Below are positions 38,941 through 48,600 of a DNA stretch of 64,000 bases, one piece after another. The translations under genes were made by a program, and so were the position numbers. How positions within the stretch are numbered: position 1 is the stretch's first letter; every line of letters begins with the position of its first letter. The notes under the pieces are model-generated. The model did no database searches and was not told where the DNA came from. It saw only the letters and a list, made by a program, of their open reading frames with translations. The DNA is from Sphaerochaetaceae bacterium (lineage in GTDB: Bacteria > Spirochaetota > Spirochaetia > Sphaerochaetales > Sphaerochaetaceae). Location of the stretch: positions 298,543 through 362,542 of the forward strand of contig CAXXHV010000001.1 of assembly GCA_963678575.2 (NCBI GenBank). The letters run 5' to 3'.

Positions 38941-40427
38941 ACAGACACAATTCAAATAAAATTGCTTTAGCCCTAATTAAAGGCTTATCTTTATTAACAA
39001 TTATTATTTTGGCTCTTATGTTAACATACTTAATTTATAGAGGTTTATATAGTAATAAATTAATTGAAAGAGGCGTGACCGATCAAGTAAATAATGAATT
39101 GCCTTTTGAAATATATTCAAACCAATATTCAAATTTAGATGAACTTGATTATTTTACATTAAGAAAAATATTTGAAGGGAAAATATATTCTCTTAGAAAG
39201 CTCAGTAACGTAAATAGAGATATTCAATTATATATTGATCCTTCCTTAAAACCTTTTCTTTCTAAATATTTTTTAATTGATGAAAAAACCTTAAACGATA
39301 ATAGTATTATTAATATAAATAGCTCTTTGTTAAAGGAAGATAAAACTCAATTAAATGAAATAAAAAAGAATGAAGGAGCCCTTATAATTAGTAACAAACA
39401 AACTAATTTAAAAGGGTTAAGACCTGTTGCTCTTAGTGATATGGTCATCGCAGTAAATCCTGGGGTAACTTCTCTTTATGAAAATAAAAAAATTGGTAAT
39501 TTAAGAGAAAATGATTTAGATAATATACTAAAGGGTAATTATAAGAATTGGAGTGAATTAAATGGCCCTTCAATTGATATCACTTTAGTAAATTCTCTTG
39601 AAGAGGTAGAGAAGAAGACTGGTTCTATAATGATAGTTCAAGCTTCTTCCTACCAGAAGGCCTTGAATGATGGGTTAAATATAAATTCCCTTAAAGTATT
39701 TCATAAAGTATCTAAAAGAAATTTAACATTACATTACTTGTTAAGTGAAAGTGAGGATGAAGGGAAGTATGGGGGTATTTTAAGTATTATTTATAATACT
39801 CTATTTATGGTAATCCTAACTATATTAATAGCAACACCAATATCTGTTGCAGGTGCAATTTATTTAGTTGAGTATTCTAAAAAAGGTAAATTATCAAGTC
39901 TTATAAAAACAGGAATAGACTTATTGGCGGCTGTGCCTTCAATTATTTTTGGACTTTTTGGATTGCTGGTATTTGTTCAATTACTTGGATTTGGTTTTTC
40001 AATGATAAGTGGTGTATTAACATTAGCTTTGATGATTTTGCCTACAATTCTTAGGACAAGTGAAGAAGCTATTAGAAGTGTTAGTCCTGCTTTGAAAGAA
40101 GCTAGTAGAGGCTTGGGTGCTACAAAAATTGAAACAATAATTAAAATTGTTTTACCAAGTTCTTCAAAAGGAATTACTACTGGGGTTGTCTTATCAATTG
40201 GAAGAGCTTTAGGAGAAACTGCTGCATTGATATTTACAATTGGTTCTTCTACTTCCTTTAGTTCAGGATTGAGAAGCTCCTCAAGAGTTCTTGCACAACA
40301 TATATTTTTGATTATTACTGAGGGTGGTTCAATTGATGAAGCCTTTGCTTCTGCGCTTGTTCTAATTGTTCTCGTATTAATAATCAATAGTCTTACTAAA
40401 ATAATTATGAGAAAGGAAGTAAAATAA
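38937..40427 (+). CDS. pstA: Phosphate ABC transporter permease PstA with a large periplasmic insertion
   Basis: The C-terminal ~230 aa is canonical PstA (EASRGLGATKIETIIKIVLP, GRALGETAAL). Residues ~40-270 between TM1 and TM2 are extra and contain PstS-like motifs. ATGA overlap with pstC. Confidence 0.85.
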   Translation: MNRHNSNKIALALIKGLSLLTIIILALMLTYLIYRGLYSNKLIERGVTDQVNNELPFEIYSNQYSNLDELDYFTLRKIFEGKIYSLRKLSNVNRDIQLYIDPSLKPFLSKYFLIDEKTLNDNSIININSSLLKEDKTQLNEIKKNEGALIISNKQTNLKGLRPVALSDMVIAVNPGVTSLYENKKIGNLRENDLDNILKGNYKNWSELNGPSIDITLVNSLEEVEKKTGSIMIVQASSYQKALNDGLNINSLKVFHKVSKRNLTLHYLLSESEDEGKYGGILSIIYNTLFMVILTILIATPISVAGAIYLVEYSKKGKLSSLIKTGIDLLAAVPSIIFGLFGLLVFVQLLGFGFSMISGVLTLALMILPTILRTSEEAIRSVSPALKEASRGLGATKIETIIKIVLPSSSKGITTGVVLSIGRALGETAALIFTIGSSTSFSSGLRSSSRVLAQHIFLIITEGGSIDEAFASALVLIVLVLIINSLTKIIMRKEVK

Positions 40428-41198
40428 ATGAATGAATCTTTATTTAAAGTCACTGATTTAGATCTTTGGTACGGAGAGCATCAGGCCTTGAATAAAATAA
40501 ATATGGAAATTCAAAAAAACACAATAAATGCTTTTATTGGCCCTTCAGGTTGTGGCAAAAGTACTTTTTTAAGAGTATTGGATCGAATGAACGATTTAAT
40601 TGATGGTGTTACAATTGAAGGAAAAGTTCTATTTGAAAATCAAAATATTTATAAAGAAATGGATATCTTAGAGTTAAGAAGAAGAGTCGGGATGGTTTTT
40701 CAAAAACCTAATCCGTTCCCAATGTCTATTTTTGATAATGTAGCTTATGGCCCAAAATTATATAAAAAATATAGAAAAAGTGAGTTATATGATATTGTTG
40801 AGAACTCCTTGAAACAAGCTGCTATTTGGGATGAGGTTAAAGATAGATTAAATTCAAATGCTTTAGGTTTATCAGGTGGACAACAGCAGCGATTATGTTT
40901 AGCTAGAACTTTAGCGGTTAATCCTGATGTAGTATTAATGGATGAACCAACAAGTGCTTTAGATCCAATATCAACAGCAAAAATAGAAGAACTTATGGTT
41001 GAACTAAAAAAAGATTATACAATCATTGTTGTAACACATAATATGCAGCAAGCTTCAAGAGTTTCTGATATAACTTCTTTCTTTTTAATTGATGAAAATA
41101 GAAGAGGTTTTTTAGTTGAAAGTGGTGAGACTAGTGAAATATTTTTGAATCCAAAAGATAAAAGGACCGAAGATTATATATCAGGTAAATTCGGTTAA
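40428..41198 (+). CDS. pstB: Phosphate import ATP-binding protein PstB
   Basis: [34 protein letters not shown], typical PstB length. Confidence 0.95.
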   Translation: MNESLFKVTDLDLWYGEHQALNKINMEIQKNTINAFIGPSGCGKSTFLRVLDRMNDLIDGVTIEGKVLFENQNIYKEMDILELRRRVGMVFQKPNPFPMSIFDNVAYGPKLYKKYRKSELYDIVENSLKQAAIWDEVKDRLNSNALGLSGGQQQRLCLARTLAVNPDVVLMDEPTSALDPISTAKIEELMVELKKDYTIIVVTHNMQQASRVSDITSFFLIDENRRGFLVESGETSEIFLNPKDKRTEDYISGKFG

Positions 41199-41210
41199 AA
41201 AGAGGAAAAA

Positions 41211-41879
41211 ATGACAAAACAAGTATATCAAATTGATGAAAAAATAATGTTTTATAGGGAATTATTATTGCAAATGGTAACAAGAGTAGAACAAGCTATT
41301 TTGAAAGCTACAATTGCAATGGAAAATAAAGATATTAAGTTAGCTGAATCAGTAGTTAATGAAGATTTCTTTATTAATCAATTAAGAGATATGATTGAAA
41401 GCGATGCTGTTAGATTATTAATTAGTGAAGCTCCTTATGGGCATTATATGAGACAAGTAATAGCAGGGTTAAAAATAGCTACAAGTTTAGAGAGAATGGG
41501 GGACCATGCTACACATCTTGCAAGAATGGTTAGTCATGAGAGTTTTAGTAATGATGAAAGAGAAGTTCCAATTATAAAAGGGATTATTGAAATGTCTAAT
41601 ATTGTTGCAAATATGTTTAGAGAAGCTATAGATGCTTTAATAAATATAGATGCTAAGCAAGCTAAAGATGTTGCTAAAATGGATGATGAAATTGATGATA
41701 GAAGAGAAGATTTAAAAAAGCAAATTCTTGAAGCTGGTCCATTTGAAAATATACAATTAAGACAAAATATGCATAATTATTATTATTTAGTAATAGAGCT
41801 TGAGAGAGTTGGTGATCATATTACTACTATTTGTTCCTGGGTTGTATATATGGAAGAAGGGGTAAAACCTCATTTATAA
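41211..41879 (+). CDS. phoU: Phosphate signalling complex protein PhoU
   Basis: Two PhoU repeats with LERMGDHATHLA and LERVGDHITTI motifs. Confidence 0.92.
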   Translation: MTKQVYQIDEKIMFYRELLLQMVTRVEQAILKATIAMENKDIKLAESVVNEDFFINQLRDMIESDAVRLLISEAPYGHYMRQVIAGLKIATSLERMGDHATHLARMVSHESFSNDEREVPIIKGIIEMSNIVANMFREAIDALINIDAKQAKDVAKMDDEIDDRREDLKKQILEAGPFENIQLRQNMHNYYYLVIELERVGDHITTICSWVVYMEEGVKPHL

Positions 41880-41893
41880 GATTTAATAAAAGC

Positions 41894-41937
41894 AAAAGCT
41901 CAGAGTTGTAATTTAATATTCAATTCTGAGCTTTTTT
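41894..41937. terminator. Intrinsic terminator between phoU and convergent phoR
   Basis: AAAAGCTCAGAGTTG-(12 nt)-CAATTCTGAGCTTTT (one G:U pair) followed by T-run. Confidence 0.8.
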
Positions 41938-42031
41938 CATTTATGGTAGAATTATAAAAATCTATTACTTATTAATAAGTGTTTTATTTGTTTATTTTTT
42001 ATTAATAGAGAATACTTGTAGTAATTTATTG

Positions 42032-43828
42032 TCAACCTTTATACATCAAATCGCTTTTTTTATATAAAGAGGTTAAAACATTATGAGTTTTTGATAGAGT
42101 TAATATAAAAGTTGATCCTTTATTTTCTTTACTTTTGACTTCTATACTTCCAGAGTGCAAAAGTGCAATATGTTTTACGATTGAAAGACCCAATCCAGTC
42201 CCACCACTATCTCGAGATCTATTCTTATCAACTCTATAAAATCTTTCAAAAATTCTATTTATATCTGATTCTGGTATTCCAATACCATAATCTTTGATTT
42301 TTATTATTATTTCATATTTTTTTTCACTGATTTTTATTTCAACATTACTATTTTCAGAACTATAATTAATAGCATTTACTATGAGATTTATAATAGCTTG
42401 TTTTAAAAGACTTTCATTGCAATATACTAAAAGATTATCTATCATATTTTTTTTAATTTTAATATTTTTTTTGTCTGCCAAAGGTTTTGTAGTTTTTAAA
42501 ACACTATCAATTATAGAAACAATAGGTATCTCTTGCATAATTGGTTTACTCTTTTCTTTTTCTAGAGAGGATAAAAGTAATAAATCTTCAATAATTGCTT
42601 TCATGTTTTTATAATTTAGATAAATATCTTGATAAAATTCTATAGCTTTTTCTTTTTCCAAATCATTGTTAATAAGAAGTTCAGTAAACCCTCCAATAGA
42701 TGTTAATGGTGTTTTTAATTCATGAGAAACATTACTTACAAAATCCTTTCTTATTGTTTCAAGCCTATGGACTTCTGTGGTATCATTGATAGTTAAAAGA
42801 ATGCCTTCACAATTGTCATTTTGTATCATTGCTGTGATACGAATTCTAAGATGTTTCTCTTTCCCTTTTCCATAAATATGAGCCATTTCTGCTGTATAAT
42901 TATCAAAGAAGCATAATTCAATTTCACTTTTTTCAAAATTGTTTAAAGCATCATTAATTTGATTATTTAAATCAATATCACTAATAATATCTCTAAGTAC
43001 CATTTTTTTCTTTATCGCTTTACCTAAAATTGATACTGCAGCTTTATTACAAAGAACTATTTCTTTTTTATTGTTTAAGAAAATAACGCCTTCTTGCATA
43101 GATTGAAGAACCAGAGCATATTCATTTTTCTCTTTTTCTAGATTTTTAATGATTTTTTGAAGTTCTTGAGCCATTGAATTCATTGTTTCTGATAATTCTT
43201 TAATTTCTAAAGGAGAATTGATATGTGTTCTAACATCTAATTCACCCTTAGCATAACCTTTACTGACTTCAACTAATGACTCAATAGGAATAAAGAGATA
43301 TCTTAAAATAAAAAATAGGGCTATCCCTAATAAGATTATTATTATTAAAATTATTGGAATTATTTTTGACATAAATGTTGAATTTAAAAATGAGAAATTT
43401 GATATAGGTGCGGCAACTCTTATATACAAATTATTATTATTTGATTTTATTGCACAGTACAAAGTTTCAACTTTTGTTGTTTTGCTTTCTCGATAGCTAA
43501 ATCCGACATTATCAATTTTAGCGGTTTTAATTTCTTCTCTATAAAGGTGGTTATCCATTAATTCAATATCTTTTTCACTATCAAATAAAACTTTTCCATC
43601 AAGATTAATGACAGTTACTCTAAATTGATTTATTTTAGAAAATTTTTGTAGATTATTATAATCTAAAGCTTCGGTACTATCTAAATATAGGGCTGCTTTT
43701 TCTAAATTATCTTTTTCTTGATTTGTAATGATTGAAATAAATACACTTCTTGCTGTAAATAAAGAAGCAAATAAAATTAATAGAATTGAAGAAATTTGTA
43801 AAAGAGCTACTTGTTTCTTAAACTTCAA
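42032..43828 (-). CDS. phoR: Phosphate-regulon-type sensor histidine kinase (PhoR-like)
   Basis: Two TM segments, HAMP, PAS, H-box [28 protein letters not shown]. Adjacent to phoB and pst-phoU. The assignment to Pho is by context. Confidence 0.75.
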   Translation of the reverse strand: MKFKKQVALLQISSILLILFASLFTARSVFISIITNQEKDNLEKAALYLDSTEALDYNNLQKFSKINQFRVTVINLDGKVLFDSEKDIELMDNHLYREEIKTAKIDNVGFSYRESKTTKVETLYCAIKSNNNNLYIRVAAPISNFSFLNSTFMSKIIPIILIIIILLGIALFFILRYLFIPIESLVEVSKGYAKGELDVRTHINSPLEIKELSETMNSMAQELQKIIKNLEKEKNEYALVLQSMQEGVIFLNNKKEIVLCNKAAVSILGKAIKKKMVLRDIISDIDLNNQINDALNNFEKSEIELCFFDNYTAEMAHIYGKGKEKHLRIRITAMIQNDNCEGILLTINDTTEVHRLETIRKDFVSNVSHELKTPLTSIGGFTELLINNDLEKEKAIEFYQDIYLNYKNMKAIIEDLLLLSSLEKEKSKPIMQEIPIVSIIDSVLKTTKPLADKKNIKIKKNMIDNLLVYCNESLLKQAIINLIVNAINYSSENSNVEIKISEKKYEIIIKIKDYGIGIPESDINRIFERFYRVDKNRSRDSGGTGLGLSIVKHIALLHSGSIEVKSKENKGSTFILTLSKTHNVLTSLYKKSDLMYKG

Positions 43829-44517
43829 CTTTTTACTCCTGAATATTTATAGCCTACACCCCAAACAGTTTTTATTCTGTCGCCATATTTATTAAGTTTT
43901 TTTCTAAGGGATACAATTTGAACGTCAATTGCTCTTTCCGTAACAGGATAATCAGATCCTTTAATTTTTGTTATTAATTTTTCTCTTGAAAAAACTTTTT
44001 CAGTGTTTTCAATCAATAGAGCTAATAAATTAAATTCTGTAGCAGTAAGGACAATTGGAACATCATCAATAAGGCAAAGTCTTTTGGACATATCAATAAA
44101 TATTCCAATATCACTTATGGTTGTAACTTCTTCATTTTTTAATTTTCTATCAAGTAATCTTAGTGCTGCTTTTACTTTTGCAGATAAAACTTTTGGGCTA
44201 AAAGGTTTTGTTAAATAATCATCAGCACCAAGCTCGATCGCAGAAATAATATCGCTATCATCGCTTTTTGCTGAAGAAATTATTATTGGTGTTTTAATAT
44301 CTAGTTTATATCTTGCAATTTTTAAAATTTCAAAACCATTAACTAACGGAAGCATTAAGTCCAAAATAATACAAGCATATGATTTTTTGCTAATATAATC
44401 TAAGGCTGTTTGTCCATCATATACACAAGTAATATCAAAGCCTTCAGATTGTAAATGAAAACTAAGTAATTTAGAAATACTTTTATCATCTTCTATTATT
44501 AAAATATTTTTATTCAT
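43825..44517 (-). CDS. phoB: OmpR/PhoB family response regulator
   Basis: Receiver (ILIIEDD..., ILDLMLP, KP) plus winged-helix output (LTATEFNLL..., VWGVGYK). 4-nt overlap with phoR. Confidence 0.8.
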   Translation of the reverse strand: MNKNILIIEDDKSISKLLSFHLQSEGFDITCVYDGQTALDYISKKSYACIILDLMLPLVNGFEILKIARYKLDIKTPIIISSAKSDDSDIISAIELGADDYLTKPFSPKVLSAKVKAALRLLDRKLKNEEVTTISDIGIFIDMSKRLCLIDDVPIVLTATEFNLLALLIENTEKVFSREKLITKIKGSDYPVTERAIDVQIVSLRKKLNKYGDRIKTVWGVGYKYSGVKS

Positions 44518-44567
44518 AAATAAATATTAGGCAATTATGGTTTTACTTTGCAATAGTGGGAGTAGTA

Positions 44568-44584
44568 ATTAACAAAATTTTAAC
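44568..44584 (+). promoter_or_regulatory. Candidate Pho box upstream of phoBR (TTAACA-N5-TTAACA)
   Basis: TTAACAaaattTTAACA, 51-67 bp from the phoB start. It reads on the strand opposite to phoB. Confidence 0.4.
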
Positions 44585-44878
44585 ATTTCTTTTATTTTTT
44601 TTAAGTAAAAAAATAATAATCTTTCGTGCAACAAAATATATTATCTTTTCTATTTAATATTAATAATAAGTAAAAATAAATAAATTTTATAATTTATTTA
44701 TATAATTTTTTTTACATAATATAACAATTTTGTTAAATTTAAGATGAATATATCTTTTATTTGTAAAATATAGTAATTTGAAATTTAAGTAAATGCAACA
44801 AAAATGCTATAAAATAATTGTTTTTAGAATTTTGTGCAACAAAATTAATAATTTTTTAATATTTGTGTTGTATTAGTG

Positions 44879-44907
44879 TTGCATAAGTTTGATGTTTTTA
44901 ATATTGT
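44879..44907 (+). promoter_or_regulatory. Candidate sigma-70 promoter of the purine operon (TTGCAT-17-TATTGT)
   Basis: Spacing and hexamers are acceptable, about 28 nt upstream of the purE ATG. The -35 overlaps an inverted TGCAACA motif. Confidence 0.4.
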
Positions 44908-44935
44908 ACTCGTATAACGAGAGGTATTTACAATT

Positions 44936-45421
44936 ATGATAAACAAAGTTGCAATACTGATGGGTAGTCTAAGTGACATTGATAAAGTAAAAGGAGCTTT
45001 TACAATATTAAAGGAACTGCAAATTCCTTATGATGTGAAAGTGTTGAGTGCACATAGAACAACTATGGAAACACTTGATTTTGCTTTAAGTGCCCAAGAG
45101 AAATATAGTGTTATAATTTGTGCTGCTGGTATGGCTGCACATTTAGCTGGGATAGTTGCAGCTAATACATTATTACCTGTTATTGCAATACCAATCTCTT
45201 CTACTTTAAATGGACTTGATGCATTACTCTCAAGTGTACAAATGCCAAGTGGGATTCCTGTAGCCACTGTGGCCATTGATGGGAGCAAAAATGCGGCTCT
45301 TCTTAGTGCTCAGATAATTGCTTTAGATAATGATGAGGTTTTATCACGTCTAATTGCTTTTAGAAAACAGAATAAAAAATCTTCATTAGAAGCAAATGAT
45401 AAATTAAATGAAATCCTGTAA
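44936..45421 (+). CDS. purE: N5-CAIR mutase / AIR carboxylase catalytic subunit PurE (class-I-like motifs)
   Basis: [45 protein letters not shown]. Confidence 0.93.
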   Translation: MINKVAILMGSLSDIDKVKGAFTILKELQIPYDVKVLSAHRTTMETLDFALSAQEKYSVIICAAGMAAHLAGIVAANTLLPVIAIPISSTLNGLDALLSSVQMPSGIPVATVAIDGSKNAALLSAQIIALDNDEVLSRLIAFRKQNKKSSLEANDKLNEIL

Positions 45422-45441
45422 TAAAATTACGGGATTTTTTT
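45411..45441 (+). terminator. Intrinsic terminator/attenuator between purE and purC
   Basis: AAATCCTGTAAT-aaa-ATTACGGGATTT (one G:U pair) followed by T7. It overlaps the purE stop. Confidence 0.65.
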
Positions 45442-45456
45442 ATTGGAGAAAATATA

Positions 45457-46167
45457 ATGGAAAAAGTGGTTTTAATGTATCAAGGGAAGGCAAAGAAAGT
45501 CTATCAAACTGAGAATGAAAATTTTTGTATTGTTGATTATACAGATTCAGCTACAGCTTTCAATGGGATTAAAAAAGGCACAATAACAAATAAAGGTGCA
45601 ATAAATAATCAACTTAGTAATTATTTTATGAAGGAATTAGAAGAACAAGGGATTCCTACTCACTTTGTTGAACAAATCAGTGAACGAGAAACAATCGTAA
45701 AGAAATTAAAAATTATACCATTAGAAGTAATAGTAAGAAATATTGTTGCAGGTTCTTTATCTAAAAGATTAGGGATTGAAGAAGGTTTTGAATTAAAAAA
45801 TCCAATTATAGAATTTTGTTATAAAGAAGATAGTTTAAATGACCCAATGCTTAATATCTCTCATATAACCACTTTAGAAATTGCAACAAAAGATGAAATT
45901 GACTTATTAACAGATTATAGTTTGAAGATAAATGATTTTATTAAGAGAGAATTACTAGATAAAGGAATTATTCTCGTAGATTTTAAATTAGAATTTGGTA
46001 AAGATTCAGATAATAAAATTTATTTAGCTGATGAAATTTCTCCTGATACTTGTCGCTTCTGGGATTTAGAAACTAGAAAAAAATTAGATAAAGATAGATT
46101 TAGAAGAGATTTAGGTCAGGTTGAAGATGCATATCAAGAAGTAATTTCTAGGATTATTAATAAATAA
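45457..46167 (+). CDS. purC: SAICAR synthetase
   Basis: YQGKAKKVY, PLEVIVRN...GS, DEISPDTCRFWD. Confidence 0.95.
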   Translation: MEKVVLMYQGKAKKVYQTENENFCIVDYTDSATAFNGIKKGTITNKGAINNQLSNYFMKELEEQGIPTHFVEQISERETIVKKLKIIPLEVIVRNIVAGSLSKRLGIEEGFELKNPIIEFCYKEDSLNDPMLNISHITTLEIATKDEIDLLTDYSLKINDFIKRELLDKGIILVDFKLEFGKDSDNKIYLADEISPDTCRFWDLETRKKLDKDRFRRDLGQVEDAYQEVISRIINK

Positions 46168-47576
46168 TGTTTAATAAAATTAAAGAAGAATGTGGTGTTT
46201 TTGCAATAAGTGAAGCTGATGATGATCTAGATATTGTAAACACTAGTTATCTTGCTCTCTATGCTTTACAGCATAGAGGTCAAGAAGGGTGTGGTATTTG
46301 TGTAAATAATAAAAACTCTATATCGCTATATAAAGATATTGGTTTAGTAAGTGAAGTATTTACCAAAAGAAATTTAGACAAGTTGCCAAAAACTTCTATA
46401 TCAATTGCACATGTTAGATATGGTACCACTGGTGATAATAATCGAGCTAATGTTCAGCCTCTTGTTGTTAATCACAAAGAAGGTAATATGGCTTTAGCTC
46501 ATAATGGAAATTTGGTTAATGACCATACTCTACGGGATAAATTAGAATCAAAAGGTTTAATTTTTCAAACAACAAGTGACAGTGAAGTTATAGCTTATCT
46601 AATTACTAAAAATAGATTAAAAAGTTCTTCAATTGAAGAAGCAATTGAAAAAACTATGTATGAAATCAAAGGGGCTTATTCTCTTGTAATAATGACACCT
46701 TATAAATTAATTGTTGCTCGAGATCCAAGAGGCTTTAGACCTTTGGTAATGGGGAAATTAAAAGATCGATATGTTTTTGCAAGTGAAACTTGTGCCTTAG
46801 ATGCAATAAATGCTTCATATATACGAAGTGTTGAACCAGGTGAAATAATAAGCATAAATAAAGGACAGATAAAATCAATAACAACACATTGCAATAAATA
46901 TAAAAGAAGTTTGTGTGTTTTTGAATTATTATATTTTAGTAGACCTGATAGTAAAATTGATGATATTGATGTTCTTGATGCAAGATTAAAAGCTGGAGAG
47001 TTTTTATATACCGAGAATAAAATAGATGCAGATGTTGTTATAGGAGTTCCTGACTCAGGACTATTATCAGCAATAGGATATTCTCGGGCTAGTGGAATAA
47101 ATTATGGTGTTGGTTTGATTAAAAACAAATACATAGGAAGAACTTTTATTCAGCCAAAACAAACGCAAAGAGACTCTTCAGTTCAAATAAAATTAAATGT
47201 TGTTAAATCTGTTATTGAAGGAAAAAGGGTTGTTTTAATTGACGATTCAATTGTTCGTGGAACTACTAGTGTTCGAATTGTTAAATTATTAAGAGATGCT
47301 GGAGCAAAAGAAGTTCATTTTAGATCGTCTGCCCCAATGTTTTTGAACCCTTGCTATTTTGGAACTGATATTGATAGTAAAGAGAATTTGTTTGCTTATA
47401 AACATACAAAAGAAGAGATGAAAGATATTTTGAATGTTGATTCTCTTGAATTTTTAAGTGTCGAAAATGTTGTTAAATTAGCAAAAGATAATATTGGATA
47501 TTGTACTGCCTGTTTTAGTGGTAAATATCCAATAAAACCAAAAACTGAAAGAAGTAAATCTCACTTAGAACAATGA
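46167..47576 (+). CDS. purF: Amidophosphoribosyltransferase
   Basis: N-terminal ECGVFAI (Cys nucleophile), HRGQEG.GI, PRTase motif VVLIDDSIVRGTTS, C-terminal Cys residues. Confidence 0.95.
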   Translation: MFNKIKEECGVFAISEADDDLDIVNTSYLALYALQHRGQEGCGICVNNKNSISLYKDIGLVSEVFTKRNLDKLPKTSISIAHVRYGTTGDNNRANVQPLVVNHKEGNMALAHNGNLVNDHTLRDKLESKGLIFQTTSDSEVIAYLITKNRLKSSSIEEAIEKTMYEIKGAYSLVIMTPYKLIVARDPRGFRPLVMGKLKDRYVFASETCALDAINASYIRSVEPGEIISINKGQIKSITTHCNKYKRSLCVFELLYFSRPDSKIDDIDVLDARLKAGEFLYTENKIDADVVIGVPDSGLLSAIGYSRASGINYGVGLIKNKYIGRTFIQPKQTQRDSSVQIKLNVVKSVIEGKRVVLIDDSIVRGTTSVRIVKLLRDAGAKEVHFRSSAPMFLNPCYFGTDIDSKENLFAYKHTKEEMKDILNVDSLEFLSVENVVKLAKDNIGYCTACFSGKYPIKPKTERSKSHLEQ

Positions 47577-47583
47577 GGAAATT

Positions 47584-48600
47584 ATGAAGACTAATGAAAT
47601 GTATAAAGAAGCTGGTGTAAATTTAGATGCTGGATATGAGAGCGTAAAACTAATAAAGGAAAGAGTAAAAAAAACATATAATCAGAATGTATTGAGCTCT
47701 TTAGGAGGTTTTGCTTCTTTATATAAGCTAGATCTCAATAACATTAAAGAACCAATTTTAGTTAGTGGAACAGATGGTGTTGGAACAAAATTAAAATTAG
47801 CTTTTTTAGCCGATAAATTCGATACTATTGGTATTGATTGTGTTGCAATGTGTGTAAATGATATTGTATGCACTGGTGCAAAACCATTATTTTTCCTTGA
47901 TTATATTGCTGTAGGTAAAAACAATCCAATACAAATAGAAAGTATAGTTAAAGGGATGTGTGATGGATGTATTGAAGCTAATTGTAGTTTAGTAGGTGGA
48001 GAAACTGCTGAAATGCCAGGCTTTTATAAAGCTGGTGAATTTGATGTAGCTGGTTTTGCAACAGGGGTTGTTGATAAAGATAAAATAATTGATGGAAAAA
48101 ATATTAAAGAAGGTGATTTAATTATTGCAATCCCTTCTTCTGGAGTTCATTCAAATGGTTTTTCATTGATTAGAAAAATATTTCATACAAAAGAATCTTT
48201 ATTTGAAGTGTATGACAATTTAGATTCTCCAATTATAGATTATTTATTAAAGCCAACAAGAATTTATGTAAAAGATATTCTTAATTTATTAAAATATATT
48301 GATATTAAAGGCATTTCTCACATAACAGGAGGCGGTTTTTATGAAAATATTCCAAGGTCTATAAAAGATGGATTTTGTGCTAAAATTTATAAAGATAATA
48401 TAATTATTCCTGAAGTATTTAAAACAATACAAAAAGTAGGCAATTTAGATGAAGAAACAATGTTTAATACTTTTAATCAGGGTGTGGGATTAACTTTAAT
48501 AATTGATAAGAAATATAAAGATATTGTTCAAAAGAATATTAATGATAGTTATGTAATTGGTGAGATTGTCTGTGGTGAGGAAAAATTAATTTTATGTTAA
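47584..48600 (+). CDS. purM: AIR synthetase
   Basis: SGTDGVGTKLK, DCVAMCVNDI, GGETAEMPG, SSGVHSNGFSL. Confidence 0.95.
   Translation: MKTNEMYKEAGVNLDAGYESVKLIKERVKKTYNQNVLSSLGGFASLYKLDLNNIKEPILVSGTDGVGTKLKLAFLADKFDTIGIDCVAMCVNDIVCTGAKPLFFLDYIAVGKNNPIQIESIVKGMCDGCIEANCSLVGGETAEMPGFYKAGEFDVAGFATGVVDKDKIIDGKNIKEGDLIIAIPSSGVHSNGFSLIRKIFHTKESLFEVYDNLDSPIIDYLLKPTRIYVKDILNLLKYIDIKGISHITGGGFYENIPRSIKDGFCAKIYKDNIIIPEVFKTIQKVGNLDEETMFNTFNQGVGLTLIIDKKYKDIVQKNINDSYVIGEIVCGEEKLILC

Noticed and set aside
39977-40453. 158-aa ORF antisense to pstA
   Set aside because: It lies entirely within the conserved PstA permease core on the opposite strand, with no RBS. It is a typical shadow ORF of a codon-biased gene.
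44518-44935. Purine (guanine/adenine) or ZTP riboswitch upstream of purE
   Set aside because: I could not find the conserved purine-riboswitch core (paired P2/P3 loops with UAUAAU...CUACC elements) or the GC-rich ZTP pseudoknot motifs. The region is too AT-rich and the best promoter leaves only a ~28-nt leader.
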